DNA from: a virus
Taxonomy: Duplodnaviria; Caudoviricetes
Reading direction: 5' to 3' (one strand)
Length of the DNA: 62,839 nt
IMG/VR virus record: IMGVR_UViG_3300047548_001519
Location: 1-62,839 of that record
Shown here: piece by piece, positions 46,165 through 56,374 of the stretch
Numbering within the stretch: the stretch's first letter is position 1
How the letters are laid out: each line of letters starts with the position of its first letter
The notes under the pieces: model-generated
Seen by the model: only the letters and a program-made list of their open reading frames with translations
Told to the model about the DNA's origin: nothing
The model's database searches: none
Made by a program: the position numbers and the translations under genes

Positions 46165-46329
46165 TCACGGTTGCCTGGGAGTAACGGGACACTCCTCATT
46201 GGGAGTTGGACAAGGATCTCTAAACCTATCCACACCACATTTTGAGCATATTAGAGTAGGTTTTAAATCTAGTGGTTTACCATTGAGAACGAATCCTATT
46301 TGGTCTTTAACGCTGGTCTTGTCTTTCAT
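46165..46329 (-). CDS. 54-aa Cys-containing protein (MKDKTSVKDQ...CSKCGVDR...C...C), not in ORF track
   Basis: TAATG coupling with helicase stop; four cysteines. Confidence 0.5.
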   Translation of the reverse strand: MKDKTSVKDQIGFVLNGKPLDLKPTLICSKCGVDRFRDPCPTPNEECPVTPRQP

Positions 46330-47717
46330 TAGTATTTGAAATCGTCAAATGAGGTTGAATGGTCTCGTTTGCCAAAATTGCTCTTGTCAAACACCGGTGT
46401 ATCGTCGTGCCCTGCATCTGTTAGACCTTCCTGTGCAGAGTCCTCTACATCGTACAACTTCATCTTGGATCGGTCAACACCGATGACGAATCTCTTGTAG
46501 TAGGACGGATCGGAGTATCGGTTTTTCAATTGCTTGATCATAATTTGATTCAACTGATCCAACTCCTCAGAACGAATCAATGCAATCATCAAGTCTGCTG
46601 TTGCAGGCAAGCCAAATGACTCAGAAGTGTCCGTCAGTTCAACGTCTGAATTATTGAAACCGCTTCTTGTAGTCTGAGTAGCAGTCAAGATTGGAAGATT
46701 GTACTCTACAGCCAAACCACGAAGCTCTTCAGCAATGCTCTTGATATAAAGATATGAGTTAACAGAAGCACCCATCTTCAATCGAGCACTGGTACAAATA
46801 TTTAAGTAGTCAATAATTACAATATCAGGGACGAACTCTTTCTTGCCTTTCAGTTCTTCTAACAAGGCACGGAAATGACCTGAATGAGCAGATGCCGTTG
46901 GATACTCTTTGATGATTAGTTTGCCCTGAGTCTTCTGAGCAATCTTACCAACTCGAGTATCAAACACTTTCTTATCAATGACTTTCAACTCATCCAAGCT
47001 TAGGTTCATCAGGTTAGCATCAATCCTCTCAGCAATCTTCTCTTCAGCCATCTCCAAAGTGATGTAAAGAACATTCCGTCCTTGAAGAAGAGTGGAGGCA
47101 GCTACGTGACACATAAACAATGATTTACCAGCATTAGTGCCAGCCAGAATCACATTCAAGCTCTTTCTACTCAATCCACCAGAAGTGATCTTGTTCAACA
47201 TATCAAGATCAAAAGGCAGCTTCTCTTCTTGACGATGATAGAATTCATATCGTGCATCAGCATCTTGTATATAGTCGTGACCAACATTCTGATCAAACGA
47301 TACAGACAAAGCATCTTGCAGGATCTTAGGAATAGCGTCTTGGTTATGTTTTGCGTCCTTTCCTTCGATGATCTTGATGCTATCCAAAATAGCATTGTAG
47401 ACAGCACGATTCTTACAGAATGTTTCCGTGTGCTCAATCATCCAGTCAAGATTCGTATTATCCTCGCCAAGAGTATCGACTACCTTTATAGTCTCAAGAA
47501 GCTCTTTATCCGTCAAATCTTTACGGTTTGACAACTCGATCTTAATGATGTCTTGTGTAGGCAGTTTGTTGTATTTGTTAAAGAAGTTGAGCGATTCCTC
47601 AATAATTACCTTGTCGAACTTGTCGGAAAAGTATGTAGGAGAAACGAAAGGAGCCACCTTTCTAGTGAACTCCTCGTTCCATATCAAATTAGCTAGGATC
47701 TTACTTTCTAATCTCAT
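46329..47717 (-). CDS. Replicative DNA helicase (T4 gp41-like)
   Basis: AGTNAGKS, YITLEMAEE.I.ERIDAN, IDYLNIC, ATQTTR, SESFGLPATAD, KQLKNRY. Confidence 0.95.
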   Translation of the reverse strand: MRLESKILANLIWNEEFTRKVAPFVSPTYFSDKFDKVIIEESLNFFNKYNKLPTQDIIKIELSNRKDLTDKELLETIKVVDTLGEDNTNLDWMIEHTETFCKNRAVYNAILDSIKIIEGKDAKHNQDAIPKILQDALSVSFDQNVGHDYIQDADARYEFYHRQEEKLPFDLDMLNKITSGGLSRKSLNVILAGTNAGKSLFMCHVAASTLLQGRNVLYITLEMAEEKIAERIDANLMNLSLDELKVIDKKVFDTRVGKIAQKTQGKLIIKEYPTASAHSGHFRALLEELKGKKEFVPDIVIIDYLNICTSARLKMGASVNSYLYIKSIAEELRGLAVEYNLPILTATQTTRSGFNNSDVELTDTSESFGLPATADLMIALIRSEELDQLNQIMIKQLKNRYSDPSYYKRFVIGVDRSKMKLYDVEDSAQEGLTDAGHDDTPVFDKSNFGKRDHSTSFDDFKY

Positions 47718-47980
47718 GTACCACCAGTGTAAACAATATCATTAGTTTGAAGCTTTTCTGTGATCAAGTCCAGGAGAAGATCCCCTGCGTATTGTTCGAA
47801 GGCCTTCATATCATCCGGCACCTTCTTAGAAAAAAAGTTTATATCAAAAGAGAGCTTAAGTTCATCATTACCCTCATCAGGCAGCAATTCCACCCTACCG
47901 TATTGGTATACTATACCAGTGTACGGTGGGTCGATCAACTCTATGTATTGATCATCAACTATCTTGTATGGCTTCATCAT
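47714..47980 (-). CDS. gp40-like head assembly chaperone (by synteny)
   Basis: Small gene between uvsX and 41, as in T4; sequence support weak. Confidence 0.45.
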   Translation of the reverse strand: MMKPYKIVDDQYIELIDPPYTGIVYQYGRVELLPDEGNDELKLSFDINFFSKKVPDDMKAFEQYAGDLLLDLITEKLQTNDIVYTGGT

Positions 47981-49049
47981 CTTCTTCCACATTGGCCAGT
48001 TCTTCATCGATAGATTCGTCAGACATCATCTGGCCAGATCCAACCTGATAGTTGTTCTTAACCCAGATCTGAAAAGCCTTGGATGTTAGAACTGGTAACC
48101 AAAACTCTTTGGAATCCGTATCAGCAAGACGCCACTTACGATCCTCAATTTCACCTGTAGTCACATCAACGCGACTGTACCAACCATTAGATGGCTTGAC
48201 TACTAGCTTAGCTTCCAGAGCCATCTCAAGTAAACCAGACCACTTAGAGAGTCCACCATCAAATGTAACTGTGACAGGGATCTTTGATTTTTCCTTTACG
48301 TAACGAGACTTCTCAACGTTAATGATAAAGTTCCATCCAGCAAGCTCTGTACCATCTTTTTCTTGCTGTTTGCCAATGAAAAATACCGTGTTAGCGCTAT
48401 ACATTGGACCAGTTCCACCAGACATAATGGTCTTAGGGTACAATGCCTGTTCTTGATATGTGTGGTTAACTACTATGCAAGGAATGTCTTTTGTTGCAAA
48501 GTGGGGAGTAATAATACGGAACAATCCTTTAAGAGTTTTGGCGCGTGTCATGTCTGCTACTGACTTGCCGTCAAGTGCATCCTCGACCTCTTTCTTTGAA
48601 GCTAAGTTGCCAATAGAGTCAATAAAAATAATAACTTTATCACCTCGATTAATCTCTTCCAATCTTTTTACAAGGTCAAATTTCAATTGTTCGATGTGTT
48701 CCACAGGTACGTGCAATACACGGTCTGTATCAATTCCAATAGTGCTAATATAATCAGGCGTTATTCCAAATTCTGAATCAATGAATAGGCATATCGACTC
48801 AGGATATCTTTTCATATAGGATTTTACCATAATTAATCCAAACATAGACTTAAAATGTCTACTAGGACCCGCTAAGATAGTCAATCCAGGTGTCAATCCT
48901 CCCTCTAACTTCCCAGACAAGGCTATATTAAGAGCTGGGATATCCGTTTGAATCATATCTTTGTCATTGAAAAATGACGACTTACTGATTGTTTCAGCTG
49001 TCTTAATTGAACCTGCTTTTTTGATTCGCTCTAATAGTGCATTATTCAT
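47955..49049 (-). CDS. uvsX: RecA-like recombinase UvsX
   Basis: LNIALSG...GG, AGPS.HFKS, DSEFG, DS.GNLASKKE, DMTRAK. Confidence 0.95.
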   Translation of the reverse strand: MNNALLERIKKAGSIKTAETISKSSFFNDKDMIQTDIPALNIALSGKLEGGLTPGLTILAGPSRHFKSMFGLIMVKSYMKRYPESICLFIDSEFGITPDYISTIGIDTDRVLHVPVEHIEQLKFDLVKRLEEINRGDKVIIFIDSIGNLASKKEVEDALDGKSVADMTRAKTLKGLFRIITPHFATKDIPCIVVNHTYQEQALYPKTIMSGGTGPMYSANTVFFIGKQQEKDGTELAGWNFIINVEKSRYVKEKSKIPVTVTFDGGLSKWSGLLEMALEAKLVVKPSNGWYSRVDVTTGEIEDRKWRLADTDSKEFWLPVLTSKAFQIWVKNNYQVGSGQMMSDESIDEELANVEEDDEAIQDS

Positions 49050-49704
49050 GTAGATCTCCTATTATATAATTCCAATTGCTCCACTGTGGAGATGTGCTTT
49101 TTACTCTGTATGTTACTGTCCCCGAAACAACTCCATAATATTGAGCAGCTAATTGCATGCTATCAAATATTCCATCTGGCGTCGTGATTTGTTTTTGGAG
49201 TTTTATTTTATGAGTTTTACGAAATTTGTCACTAAACATACCAAGTTTATTCTGGGTTGTTGTACGTCTTCCTTTATTTCTTGCAATGGTCATTTCTTCA
49301 TAAGATAATCGGTGAAACCCCAATCTATTATCTCTACTGTTTATGCCAGCGATTATTCCTGACCTACGCTGTCTGTCAGCATATCCTTGTGGATCTTTAT
49401 CTCTATATTGTTTGTGGTGAGCATACCCACCTGCAGCTGAAAATAGCTTGTGGTTTTCGGCCAATACACTTCTACCATACTTCATTAAATTATACGCTAA
49501 GATATTACCTAACACACCGTTTAATTTAAATCGGAGTTTGTGTACTATACGATGCTCTTTTTGAGTTAACCAGACTTGATGACCGTCACTTTGACCGCCT
49601 TCACAACGTGGTATGATGTGATGTGATTCGTATACAACATCTAGGATCTTGGATCTACAAGATGCACGTTGTATGATTGAGTTATGTATATTTTGATAAT
49701 TCAT
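49042..49704 (-). CDS. Free-standing HNH homing endonuclease (Mob-like)
   Basis: YE.HHIIPRCEGG, V.LT.KEH...H; C-terminal NUMOD1/HTH-like F.S...AA. Confidence 0.82.
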   Translation of the reverse strand: MNYQNIHNSIIQRASCRSKILDVVYESHHIIPRCEGGQSDGHQVWLTQKEHRIVHKLRFKLNGVLGNILAYNLMKYGRSVLAENHKLFSAAGGYAHHKQYRDKDPQGYADRQRRSGIIAGINSRDNRLGFHRLSYEEMTIARNKGRRTTTQNKLGMFSDKFRKTHKIKLQKQITTPDGIFDSMQLAAQYYGVVSGTVTYRVKSTSPQWSNWNYIIGDLHE

Positions 49705-49797
49705 GGGTTCCTTGTTGATTGTTTTAAAGAGGGGAACTACCCCTCACTTTGTATTTATGTATATAAATTGACATTCTACAGAAATATTTTGTATAAA

Positions 49798-52302
49798 TCA
49801 ACTGAACCAATCTTCCAAAGAAGATTTCTGTTCAGAACTCCAACCTAGTGAATCAAGAATGTTCTGAACGGCATCCTTGAATGTCTTCTCGAACATTGTA
49901 TCATAGTCAACGTATTTTGACAAATTAAACTCTTCTGGCAACTTATCAACAAACGAGATGCAGTCTTCGTTGAATGGATTAGGTGTTCTCAGATATGTGA
50001 ACTTGACCTTGTCCCCTTCTCGAATCAAAGGATACTTCTTGGTCAATCCCATCTTGTTAACATAGTGGTTGTACAATAAAGCACCACGAACATGGATTGG
50101 CGTTCCCTTTGAATATATAGAAGTTGCACTTTGATACTTTTTCACATCACTAATTCCTCGAGGAAAGGCCACCTCTTCTACAGATAGCTTCTCGAATTCT
50201 GTTTTATACTTAGCCACATACAGCTGTACATCTGCCTCAGTACCACGAAGAATTGTATTCAATGAGTCCTTGAGCTTATCACGAATCACGGCCGGTGTAC
50301 TAGATTTAACCATCTGCAGACCCATGATCTTGAGTTGAGGTTCCTTGTACTGCACCCCCTCTGAGTTGTGTACTGACATCACATAACGCTTCTTACTAAC
50401 AGAGATCATAACATCAGCAAGGTTTTCTCGCTTCATTTGCATCTTCTGCTCATACGCATTCATGTAGTCAGCTAACGCTTGGTATGACTCGTCAATGACA
50501 GGTTGAATCTTCTGCTCAGCAATCTTATCCATAAACTCGATGACCTTCTCTGTAGGAAGATCTACCTTACCACTTGCACCGTATACTTTCTGAACTAAGT
50601 CGTTCAAAGTTAATACAACAGAGTCAGTGTCAATTAGAACAATACGATCAACATCTTCTGTCTTTAAAATCTTGTTGAAGTATTGGTTAAGTCTATTAGC
50701 AATCCAACGAATAGATAGCTGACCGCTAATAGTGATCCCCTCTGCAATTCGCATATCGAAGTAACGGAAGTATGCATTACCACAGGCACCATAAGCACTG
50801 TTCAGCAAGATCTTCATCGCCATCTGCAGATTGTTGAGTCGACTAATCTCCATCTGCCACTTTGCGTCACCAGAGTTAGCATACTCTTGCTTAGCTTTCA
50901 GCATCTCCTTCTTGTAGATTACTCGACGATCATAATACAATTGCATTAGAGTTGGTAGCAGACCTCTCTTATCACGTCTAAAGCACCAACCGTTAGCAGC
51001 AACAGCGAAGTCATTATCATGTGCTTGAGACAAATCACATTTCTGCTCAAGTAAGCCATCAACAGATACATCCAGACGAAGATCCGTGATGGTCTCTGGA
51101 CTCATGTTGTATTGCATAATCAAGTGTGGATACAGACTGTTCAAGTCGAACGATACGTTCCAATGATGCTTACCAACCAATGGATCTTTTACATATGCGC
51201 CTTCATACGCTTGGGACTTTGTTCCGTCCTTACGACGAGGAATAACAATCTTTTGATCATTCAGATAATTGTAGATGATGATGTCCCAGGTCTTCACTGG
51301 ACTGAACACATCTTCGTAGTTGACCTTAGCATCATATGCCATAGTCAATACAAGATCCATCAACTTCATTTTTGCGTCTAGCTTATCAACCAACTCCACA
51401 TCTCGAATGTTATAATCTACGAATGTTTGCCAGTGATTGGTATAGAAGTCTTTGAAAGATGTTCCTGGATTCTCTAACTTACGTTCACCAAGCTCAACAT
51501 ACGCAATGTAATCCAACTTGTAGGACTCTTGAGCGGAGTATGTAAACTTCTTGTATAGATCAAGATAGTCGAGAGAAGCGACCCCCATGATATATGTCTT
51601 GACTGCTGTGCGTCCACCTAGATCAACATCTCGCTGATTAACAACACCCCATGGCGATAACTTCTTAGCAAGTTGTTCACCAACGACATGAACCAATCTA
51701 TTATAGAGATATGTGACGTCAAACAATGAACTGTTCCAACCAGTTATAGCATCTGGACAATTATGTTGCCACCACGAAATGAAGTCTTTGAGCATGGACT
51801 GCTCTGACGAAAACTCTCGATACTCTACGTGCGTTTGTGAGTTGTCATAGGCGTATGTACCCCATGTAATGATGGAATTATGACGTGTATCTTTAACAGA
51901 TATTAGCAGGATCCGTTCACCAGCTGTTGCTGGATCCGGAAACCCACTCTCAACCTCTGTCTCGATATCAACTGTGAATACTTTGATGTCGTTTGGTGAC
52001 CACCGAATCTCACCTGGCCACTCTTCTGCAATATATTGATAGACGTTACCTGGTGATTCGTATACGTCGAATCCATGGACGTCTTTATATCTTTCAACGA
52101 ACTCCTTACAGTCGTTGATTGATCCAGGCTGAATAGCTTCAACACGTGTTCCGTCTAACGTACGCCATGGAGATGTGGGTGACTTGTTAGATATCCAAAC
52201 TGTTGGAGAGAATGGAACCTTACCACTGTAACGCTGTCCATCTTTTACTCCCCGAACATAAATCTGATTACCACGCTGTGATACATTTGTGTACAAAATC
52301 AT
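49798..52302 (-). CDS. Family B DNA polymerase (T4 gp43-like)
   Basis: DIET exonuclease, GWN...FD, SFDLNSLYPH, K..LNS.YG, DTDS; uninterrupted. Confidence 0.97.
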   Translation of the reverse strand: MILYTNVSQRGNQIYVRGVKDGQRYSGKVPFSPTVWISNKSPTSPWRTLDGTRVEAIQPGSINDCKEFVERYKDVHGFDVYESPGNVYQYIAEEWPGEIRWSPNDIKVFTVDIETEVESGFPDPATAGERILLISVKDTRHNSIITWGTYAYDNSQTHVEYREFSSEQSMLKDFISWWQHNCPDAITGWNSSLFDVTYLYNRLVHVVGEQLAKKLSPWGVVNQRDVDLGGRTAVKTYIMGVASLDYLDLYKKFTYSAQESYKLDYIAYVELGERKLENPGTSFKDFYTNHWQTFVDYNIRDVELVDKLDAKMKLMDLVLTMAYDAKVNYEDVFSPVKTWDIIIYNYLNDQKIVIPRRKDGTKSQAYEGAYVKDPLVGKHHWNVSFDLNSLYPHLIMQYNMSPETITDLRLDVSVDGLLEQKCDLSQAHDNDFAVAANGWCFRRDKRGLLPTLMQLYYDRRVIYKKEMLKAKQEYANSGDAKWQMEISRLNNLQMAMKILLNSAYGACGNAYFRYFDMRIAEGITISGQLSIRWIANRLNQYFNKILKTEDVDRIVLIDTDSVVLTLNDLVQKVYGASGKVDLPTEKVIEFMDKIAEQKIQPVIDESYQALADYMNAYEQKMQMKRENLADVMISVSKKRYVMSVHNSEGVQYKEPQLKIMGLQMVKSSTPAVIRDKLKDSLNTILRGTEADVQLYVAKYKTEFEKLSVEEVAFPRGISDVKKYQSATSIYSKGTPIHVRGALLYNHYVNKMGLTKKYPLIREGDKVKFTYLRTPNPFNEDCISFVDKLPEEFNLSKYVDYDTMFEKTFKDAVQNILDSLGWSSEQKSSLEDWFS

Positions 52303-52359
52303 TCCTCATATCAATAGAATCATATAATATTATCCCTCATCACGTGATAAAAATCCATC

Positions 52360-53661
52360 TCATTTAATGTCCTTTGATGAGTCTGCCTCTGTCTTATCTA
52401 GTCTAAATTCCAAAAACACGGGAAGAAACAAAGAATCAACATCCGATTTCTTGTCAGTGATCCGAGCATTATACTTGATAGCAACAATCTGACCAATCAC
52501 ATCAGGCTTAATATTGTCTCGATCTTCATCACTGAACCCAGTACCCAGGCCAACTCTAACTAAACCATCAGCTGATTCAAGGACCAATGCGCCCATACGT
52601 CCAACGTTTTTTCCTGTACCCTCAACCCAGTCAACAATCTTTAGGTCACACTCAAGTTCACCTTTGAATTTGATCTGATGCTTGGATCGTTTGTTCTCCC
52701 AGATCATGTCTCTGGTCTTGAGAATGATTCCTTCTTGACCTTGAGCAAGATACTGTTCAAACAAGGTCTGAGCTTCGTCAATGCTATTTACTGTCTTCAT
52801 TTCAACAAGATCAACACGATGGTTGCTTGCATGAGTAATAGCAGACGACAACAGTCGTAGACGCTCTTCGTACGATCTCCTGCATACACCAGCCTCAAAG
52901 TCGCTCAACGGAATCATATCCCAAAGAGTTGCACATACAAGTTCACCTTCAGATTCTGATTGAGTTCCTTTCACTGCTTTGTTGAGAATGCCGTTACCTG
53001 TCTTACGATCAAGAATCCGACCATTCTCTTTGATTAGCAACTCACCATCGAACACTACATTCTGGCCAGCTGCCATGTAGATGAATGGAAGTTCAAACAA
53101 TGGATCTGCAATCTGAATCTCTTTACCATTACGCGAACGGAACTCAACAGCACCATTACGTACGATGGCATTGAACCGCATCCCATCCAACTTCAATTGA
53201 ACGTATGCTGGAAATTTAACTTTATCAACCAGCTTCTGGTCATATGCAGACGCGAGCATGCAAGGATACTCAGCAATCAGACCTGGCCACACTTTGTTAG
53301 CAGTGCTATCACTAACACCACACTTGAGATCCTTCTGAATAATGCGTTCAATGACTTGAGCATCTTCAGTATCAAGATCACTAAGCAGCTTTGCCAGGAA
53401 CTCGATAGCTGCATTACCGGTAACCGTACGAGAGGACAGCATTGCCAGACCGTCTAGGGCAGCATCAAGAGACCCTGCTAGGGTAGCTGGGGCGGGCTTA
53501 TAGGAGGGAATCTTGCGAATGTAGAAATTCACCATTGAATTAACAGCTAAGAACACCACGCGCTTCAGTGTATGATTGTCCTTGTATGACTCTAGCAATT
53601 TAATTTTGTCATTTCTACCAGAAAGTTCTGAAATTTCAGTTAAGATTTTATAAATACTCAT
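52360..53661 (-). CDS. ATP-dependent DNA ligase (T4 gp30-like)
   Basis: QLKLDGMR, FDGEL, EGIILK, WENKRS...IKFK, LFLPVF..FR.DK. Confidence 0.95.
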   Translation of the reverse strand: MSIYKILTEISELSGRNDKIKLLESYKDNHTLKRVVFLAVNSMVNFYIRKIPSYKPAPATLAGSLDAALDGLAMLSSRTVTGNAAIEFLAKLLSDLDTEDAQVIERIIQKDLKCGVSDSTANKVWPGLIAEYPCMLASAYDQKLVDKVKFPAYVQLKLDGMRFNAIVRNGAVEFRSRNGKEIQIADPLFELPFIYMAAGQNVVFDGELLIKENGRILDRKTGNGILNKAVKGTQSESEGELVCATLWDMIPLSDFEAGVCRRSYEERLRLLSSAITHASNHRVDLVEMKTVNSIDEAQTLFEQYLAQGQEGIILKTRDMIWENKRSKHQIKFKGELECDLKIVDWVEGTGKNVGRMGALVLESADGLVRVGLGTGFSDEDRDNIKPDVIGQIVAIKYNARITDKKSDVDSLFLPVFLEFRLDKTEADSSKDIK

Positions 53662-53710
53662 GATGTATCCTTTTACTCAATTATACAAATTATACTTTAA
53701 AGGAAATTTA

Positions 53711-54379
53711 ATGTCAACACACGTAGTATATTGGATCCACAACGACTTGATGGTGAATTACAAAGATCAAGGATACGTAGGAGTCACTAACAACCTAGAG
53801 AGACGAACAAAACATCATTTTTCAAACCTTCGAAATAATCGACATATTAACCCTTACCTCCAACATGCATTTAATCAAAATAATAACATGGTTGTCGTAG
53901 TTTTGTATGAAGGTAATGAGCAAGAATGTTATGAATTTGAAAGAAGTGCTCGTCCATCGTGTAATGTTGGTTGGAACCTAATTGAGGGAGGATCTGCGCC
54001 TCCAAGAGGTTATCGAAAATACACCACATTGTCAGAAGAACACAAAGCCAAACTCCGAGATAATCATAAAGGCATGTCTGGTAAATATCACTCAAGTGAA
54101 ACAAAAACAAAAATGTCAATTGCAGCATCAAACCGAACAACCTCAGACAAAACCAGAGAATCTATATCTAACTCAAAGAAAGGTGAGAACAACCCAAATT
54201 TTAATAAGCCCAGGTCGCAAGAAGTGAAAGATAAAATACGAAAAACAAACAAGACTATGGTTGAAATTCGTCATGAATATTCATCTGTTACTGGAATACC
54301 ATATAAACAAGTGTCAAAAAAGGATGCTAATTTTTGTTTGTATGTTGATCGATGTAGGGAGGAAGGACGATTCGATTGA
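53711..54379 (+). CDS. GIY-YIG-like homing endonuclease, divergent from the ligase gene
   Basis: VVYWIH...GYVGVT.NL.RR..H, GWNL.EGG, HSSETK.KMS NUMOD3 repeats; lacks the shared leader. Confidence 0.8.
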   Translation: MSTHVVYWIHNDLMVNYKDQGYVGVTNNLERRTKHHFSNLRNNRHINPYLQHAFNQNNNMVVVVLYEGNEQECYEFERSARPSCNVGWNLIEGGSAPPRGYRKYTTLSEEHKAKLRDNHKGMSGKYHSSETKTKMSIAASNRTTSDKTRESISNSKKGENNPNFNKPRSQEVKDKIRKTNKTMVEIRHEYSSVTGIPYKQVSKKDANFCLYVDRCREEGRFD

Positions 54380-54411
54380 TCATAATCAATCCAAAAATAA
54401 TAATAAAAGTC

Positions 54412-54436
54412 AACTGGGGGATTGACCCCCAGTTTT
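54412..54436. terminator. Bidirectional hairpin terminator between convergent genes
   Basis: AACTGGGGG-ATTGA-CCCCCAGTT followed by T run. Confidence 0.75.
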
Positions 54437-54438
54437 AC

Positions 54439-54627
54439 TTAGATTTCTGATCCCATTTCTAGATCATGAATTGCATCTTCATCGTTTTGATCAATCACAA
54501 AGTCGAAACATTCCGACAATTCTGTCATTTCTTCTTTTTCAATTTTATTGAATTTAGAAGTTTTGGTGTTTGAGAAGGCTTTTTGGATTAAGTTTAGTTG
54601 AGCATTGGAGAGGATGATTGTAGGCAT
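54439..54627 (-). CDS. Hypothetical early protein
   Basis: Start MPTIIL after AAGGA; promoter TTGACA-N17-GATAAT at 54684-54656. Confidence 0.55.
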   Translation of the reverse strand: MPTIILSNAQLNLIQKAFSNTKTSKFNKIEKEEMTELSECFDFVIDQNDEDAIHDLEMGSEI

Positions 54628-54698
54628 TTTTGGTTCCTTTTTTGACAGAACCGTCATTATCTCATGGTGCCCAATTAATGTCAACCGCTAAACAATTC

Positions 54699-55019
54699 TT
54701 AACGTGATGCTAATACACTCGCTGGTGCAATTTGAATCTTGGAAAACACACGATTGTATTCATCAAGAATTTGCTGTTTGAGCTCACTTGTGGAGGATAC
54801 AACAGCACTTTGATTGAGTGCAATCTCACCTTCTGCATAAGGCATGAAAGGAGCAAATCCGGTTGTCATTCTTCCATCATTAGTTGGTTGATATACTAAA
54901 GATACTACATCTTCTAAAACATATTCATTTCCTGAAACAGTTCTGAAGGATGTGACTTTTGCGATAATCTCTTCACCAGATATTAACTTAAATAATTTGA
55001 TATCATGCATATTTTTCAC
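54699..55019 (-). CDS. Conserved T4-like Sm/SH3-fold protein (KLISGEEIIAKV)
   Basis: Motif commonly found downstream of hsp20 in T4-like phages. Confidence 0.65.
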   Translation of the reverse strand: MKNMHDIKLFKLISGEEIIAKVTSFRTVSGNEYVLEDVVSLVYQPTNDGRMTTGFAPFMPYAEGEIALNQSAVVSSTSELKQQILDEYNRVFSKIQIAPASVLASR

Positions 55020-55197
55020 CTAAAAAGTTTACAAAATTAACTACCTGCATTTCGCTACTAAAGAATTTGGCTATAACTTCATCATCATGTATGTTCTGCG
55101 CAATCAATATGAATTGAGGGTCATTGTATACCTTCGTGTACGAAAGTTTTACAATCCAATTTCCAAATCTAGTAGGGTGAAATGTAGTAAGTTCCAT
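55003..55197 (-). CDS. Hypothetical protein
   Basis: Fills the gap downstream of hsp20. Confidence 0.5.
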   Translation of the reverse strand: MELTTFHPTRFGNWIVKLSYTKVYNDPQFILIAQNIHDDEVIAKFFSSEMQVVNFVNFLGEKYA

Positions 55198-55229
55198 GTT
55201 GCTGAGGGGGCATTGCTGCCCCCAAGTAT

Positions 55230-55766
55230 TTACAGTTTCTTAGAACGAGCTTTTTTAATTTGCTCGTGATCTTCCTCTGTAAGAAGTTGAGCATTGCCTT
55301 TTGAGAATACTGTAACTGTTGAAGGTTCATCAGCTACTTCAATCTTCTTAGGCTTCTTATGCTCAGGGATGATACGTTCAAGAGCGATCTGCAACATGCC
55401 GTTCATAAGACCAGCTCCCTTAATCTCAATTTGATCATTGAGTGCAAAGGTGCGAGTGAAGTTACGAGCAGCGATTCCGCGGAACAGATAATCTGTAGCA
55501 GGATCTTCTTTTGCATTGCCTCGAACAACTAGTTTGTCATCAACAAACTCAACTTCAATCTCTGACCTGCTAAAGCCAGCAACAGCCATTTCGATGACGT
55601 ACTTGTTGTCATCAACTTTACGGATGTTGTATGGAGGATAGTTGGGAATGTTTTTTGTGACCTCATCATGTAGTTTTGCCATTCGATTGATTTGTTCGTC
55701 AAAACCAACGAAGTACTTATCAAACAATTGCATATCACGACCAAAGACATCTTTAATGTATGTCAT
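55230..55766 (-). CDS. hsp20: Small heat shock protein Hsp20 (IbpA-like)
   Basis: NYPPYNI, IEMAVAGF, RGIAARNFTRTF.L, NGML.I.L.R.IPE.KKP.KI. Confidence 0.95.
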   Translation of the reverse strand: MTYIKDVFGRDMQLFDKYFVGFDEQINRMAKLHDEVTKNIPNYPPYNIRKVDDNKYVIEMAVAGFSRSEIEVEFVDDKLVVRGNAKEDPATDYLFRGIAARNFTRTFALNDQIEIKGAGLMNGMLQIALERIIPEHKKPKKIEVADEPSTVTVFSKGNAQLLTEEDHEQIKKARSKKL

Positions 55767-55774
55767 AGTTTTCT

Positions 55775-55970
55775 CCTTTGTTAAGCGAGAGTTAAAAGAA
55801 AAGTATACCCAATTGGCGTATACTAGCCGGTTACTTTATCCGGCACACACTCACAGAGGTGCAGTGAAATCTCCCTGGACGCCTTTACCGTAGCGTCAAA
55901 CAGCCCTAAGGTGGGCCAAAAACTAGTGGGGTTTTGAACTGACCCCAAACAGTCTTCCCATCCCTGAGAA
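55775..55970 (-). ncRNA. Structured 5' leader of hsp20, resembling the manA RNA motif
   Basis: Hairpins GACGC..GCGTC, GCCGG-ATAAAGTAA-CCGGC, GTATAC..GTATAC, GGGGT..ACCCC; family assignment from memory only. Confidence 0.5.
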
Positions 55971-55971
55971 T

Positions 55972-56085
55972 TTATTTATTAAAACGGTTCTTGATTTTTG
56001 CTGTCAATTCAGCAGCCCAAGAAGGTTGAGGAAGATTCCAACCAACAACAATACCTACAAGAACCCAAAGAATAGTGTTAAGCAT
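55972..56085 (-). CDS. 37-aa membrane peptide (MLNTILWVLVGIVVGWNLPQPSWA...), not in ORF track
   Basis: GGAGG RBS; G...GWN.PQP.WA motif. Confidence 0.6.
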   Translation of the reverse strand: MLNTILWVLVGIVVGWNLPQPSWAAELTAKIKNRFNK

Positions 56086-56272
56086 TTGTTTCCTCCGCTT
56101 GATGAGGGGTCATAGATTGAATTTCTAACAACTGCGTTTCACCTTGATTTTTAATTTTTTGAATCAAGGCAGCAATTTCTTCGAAAGGATGTTTGCCCAA
56201 AGATCTCAAAATTACATTGATTTCATTTACTGTCAATTCTAATTTAAGAACAGCGTCTTGTTGATTTTCCAT
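56078..56272 (-). CDS. Small conserved phage protein (LTVNEIN.IL..LG.HPF.E...LI.KI..Q)
   Basis: GAGGA RBS; recognisable motif. Confidence 0.6.
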   Translation of the reverse strand: MENQQDAVLKLELTVNEINVILRSLGKHPFEEIAALIQKIKNQGETQLLEIQSMTPHQAEETNA

Positions 56273-56303
56273 AATTTATTTTCCTCTTTTTTGGCCAATA
56301 TTA

Positions 56304-56374
56304 TATAAATAAGAATGTAGTTCGCGATGGTTGCACATCCAACTACCCTAACATCTATCTAGGAGACATCAGCT
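56304..56374 (+). promoter_or_regulatory. T4 late promoter plus conserved structured leader, copy 3
   Basis: TATAAATA, GTAGTT-CGC-GATG..CATC-C-AACTAC, CCTAACATCT..AGGAGACATCAGC. Confidence 0.8.

Noticed and set aside
27164-52302. Group I introns or inteins in nrdA, nrdB, thyX, gp41, uvsX or gp43
   Set aside because: All six ORFs are continuous and of expected length; the endonucleases are intergenic
53660-53710. Fifth copy of the shared HEG leader before the + strand nuclease at 53711
   Set aside because: No GTAG-CGC...CTAC stem or TATAAATA here; this HEG is divergent from the ligase gene and does not overlap a gene 3' end
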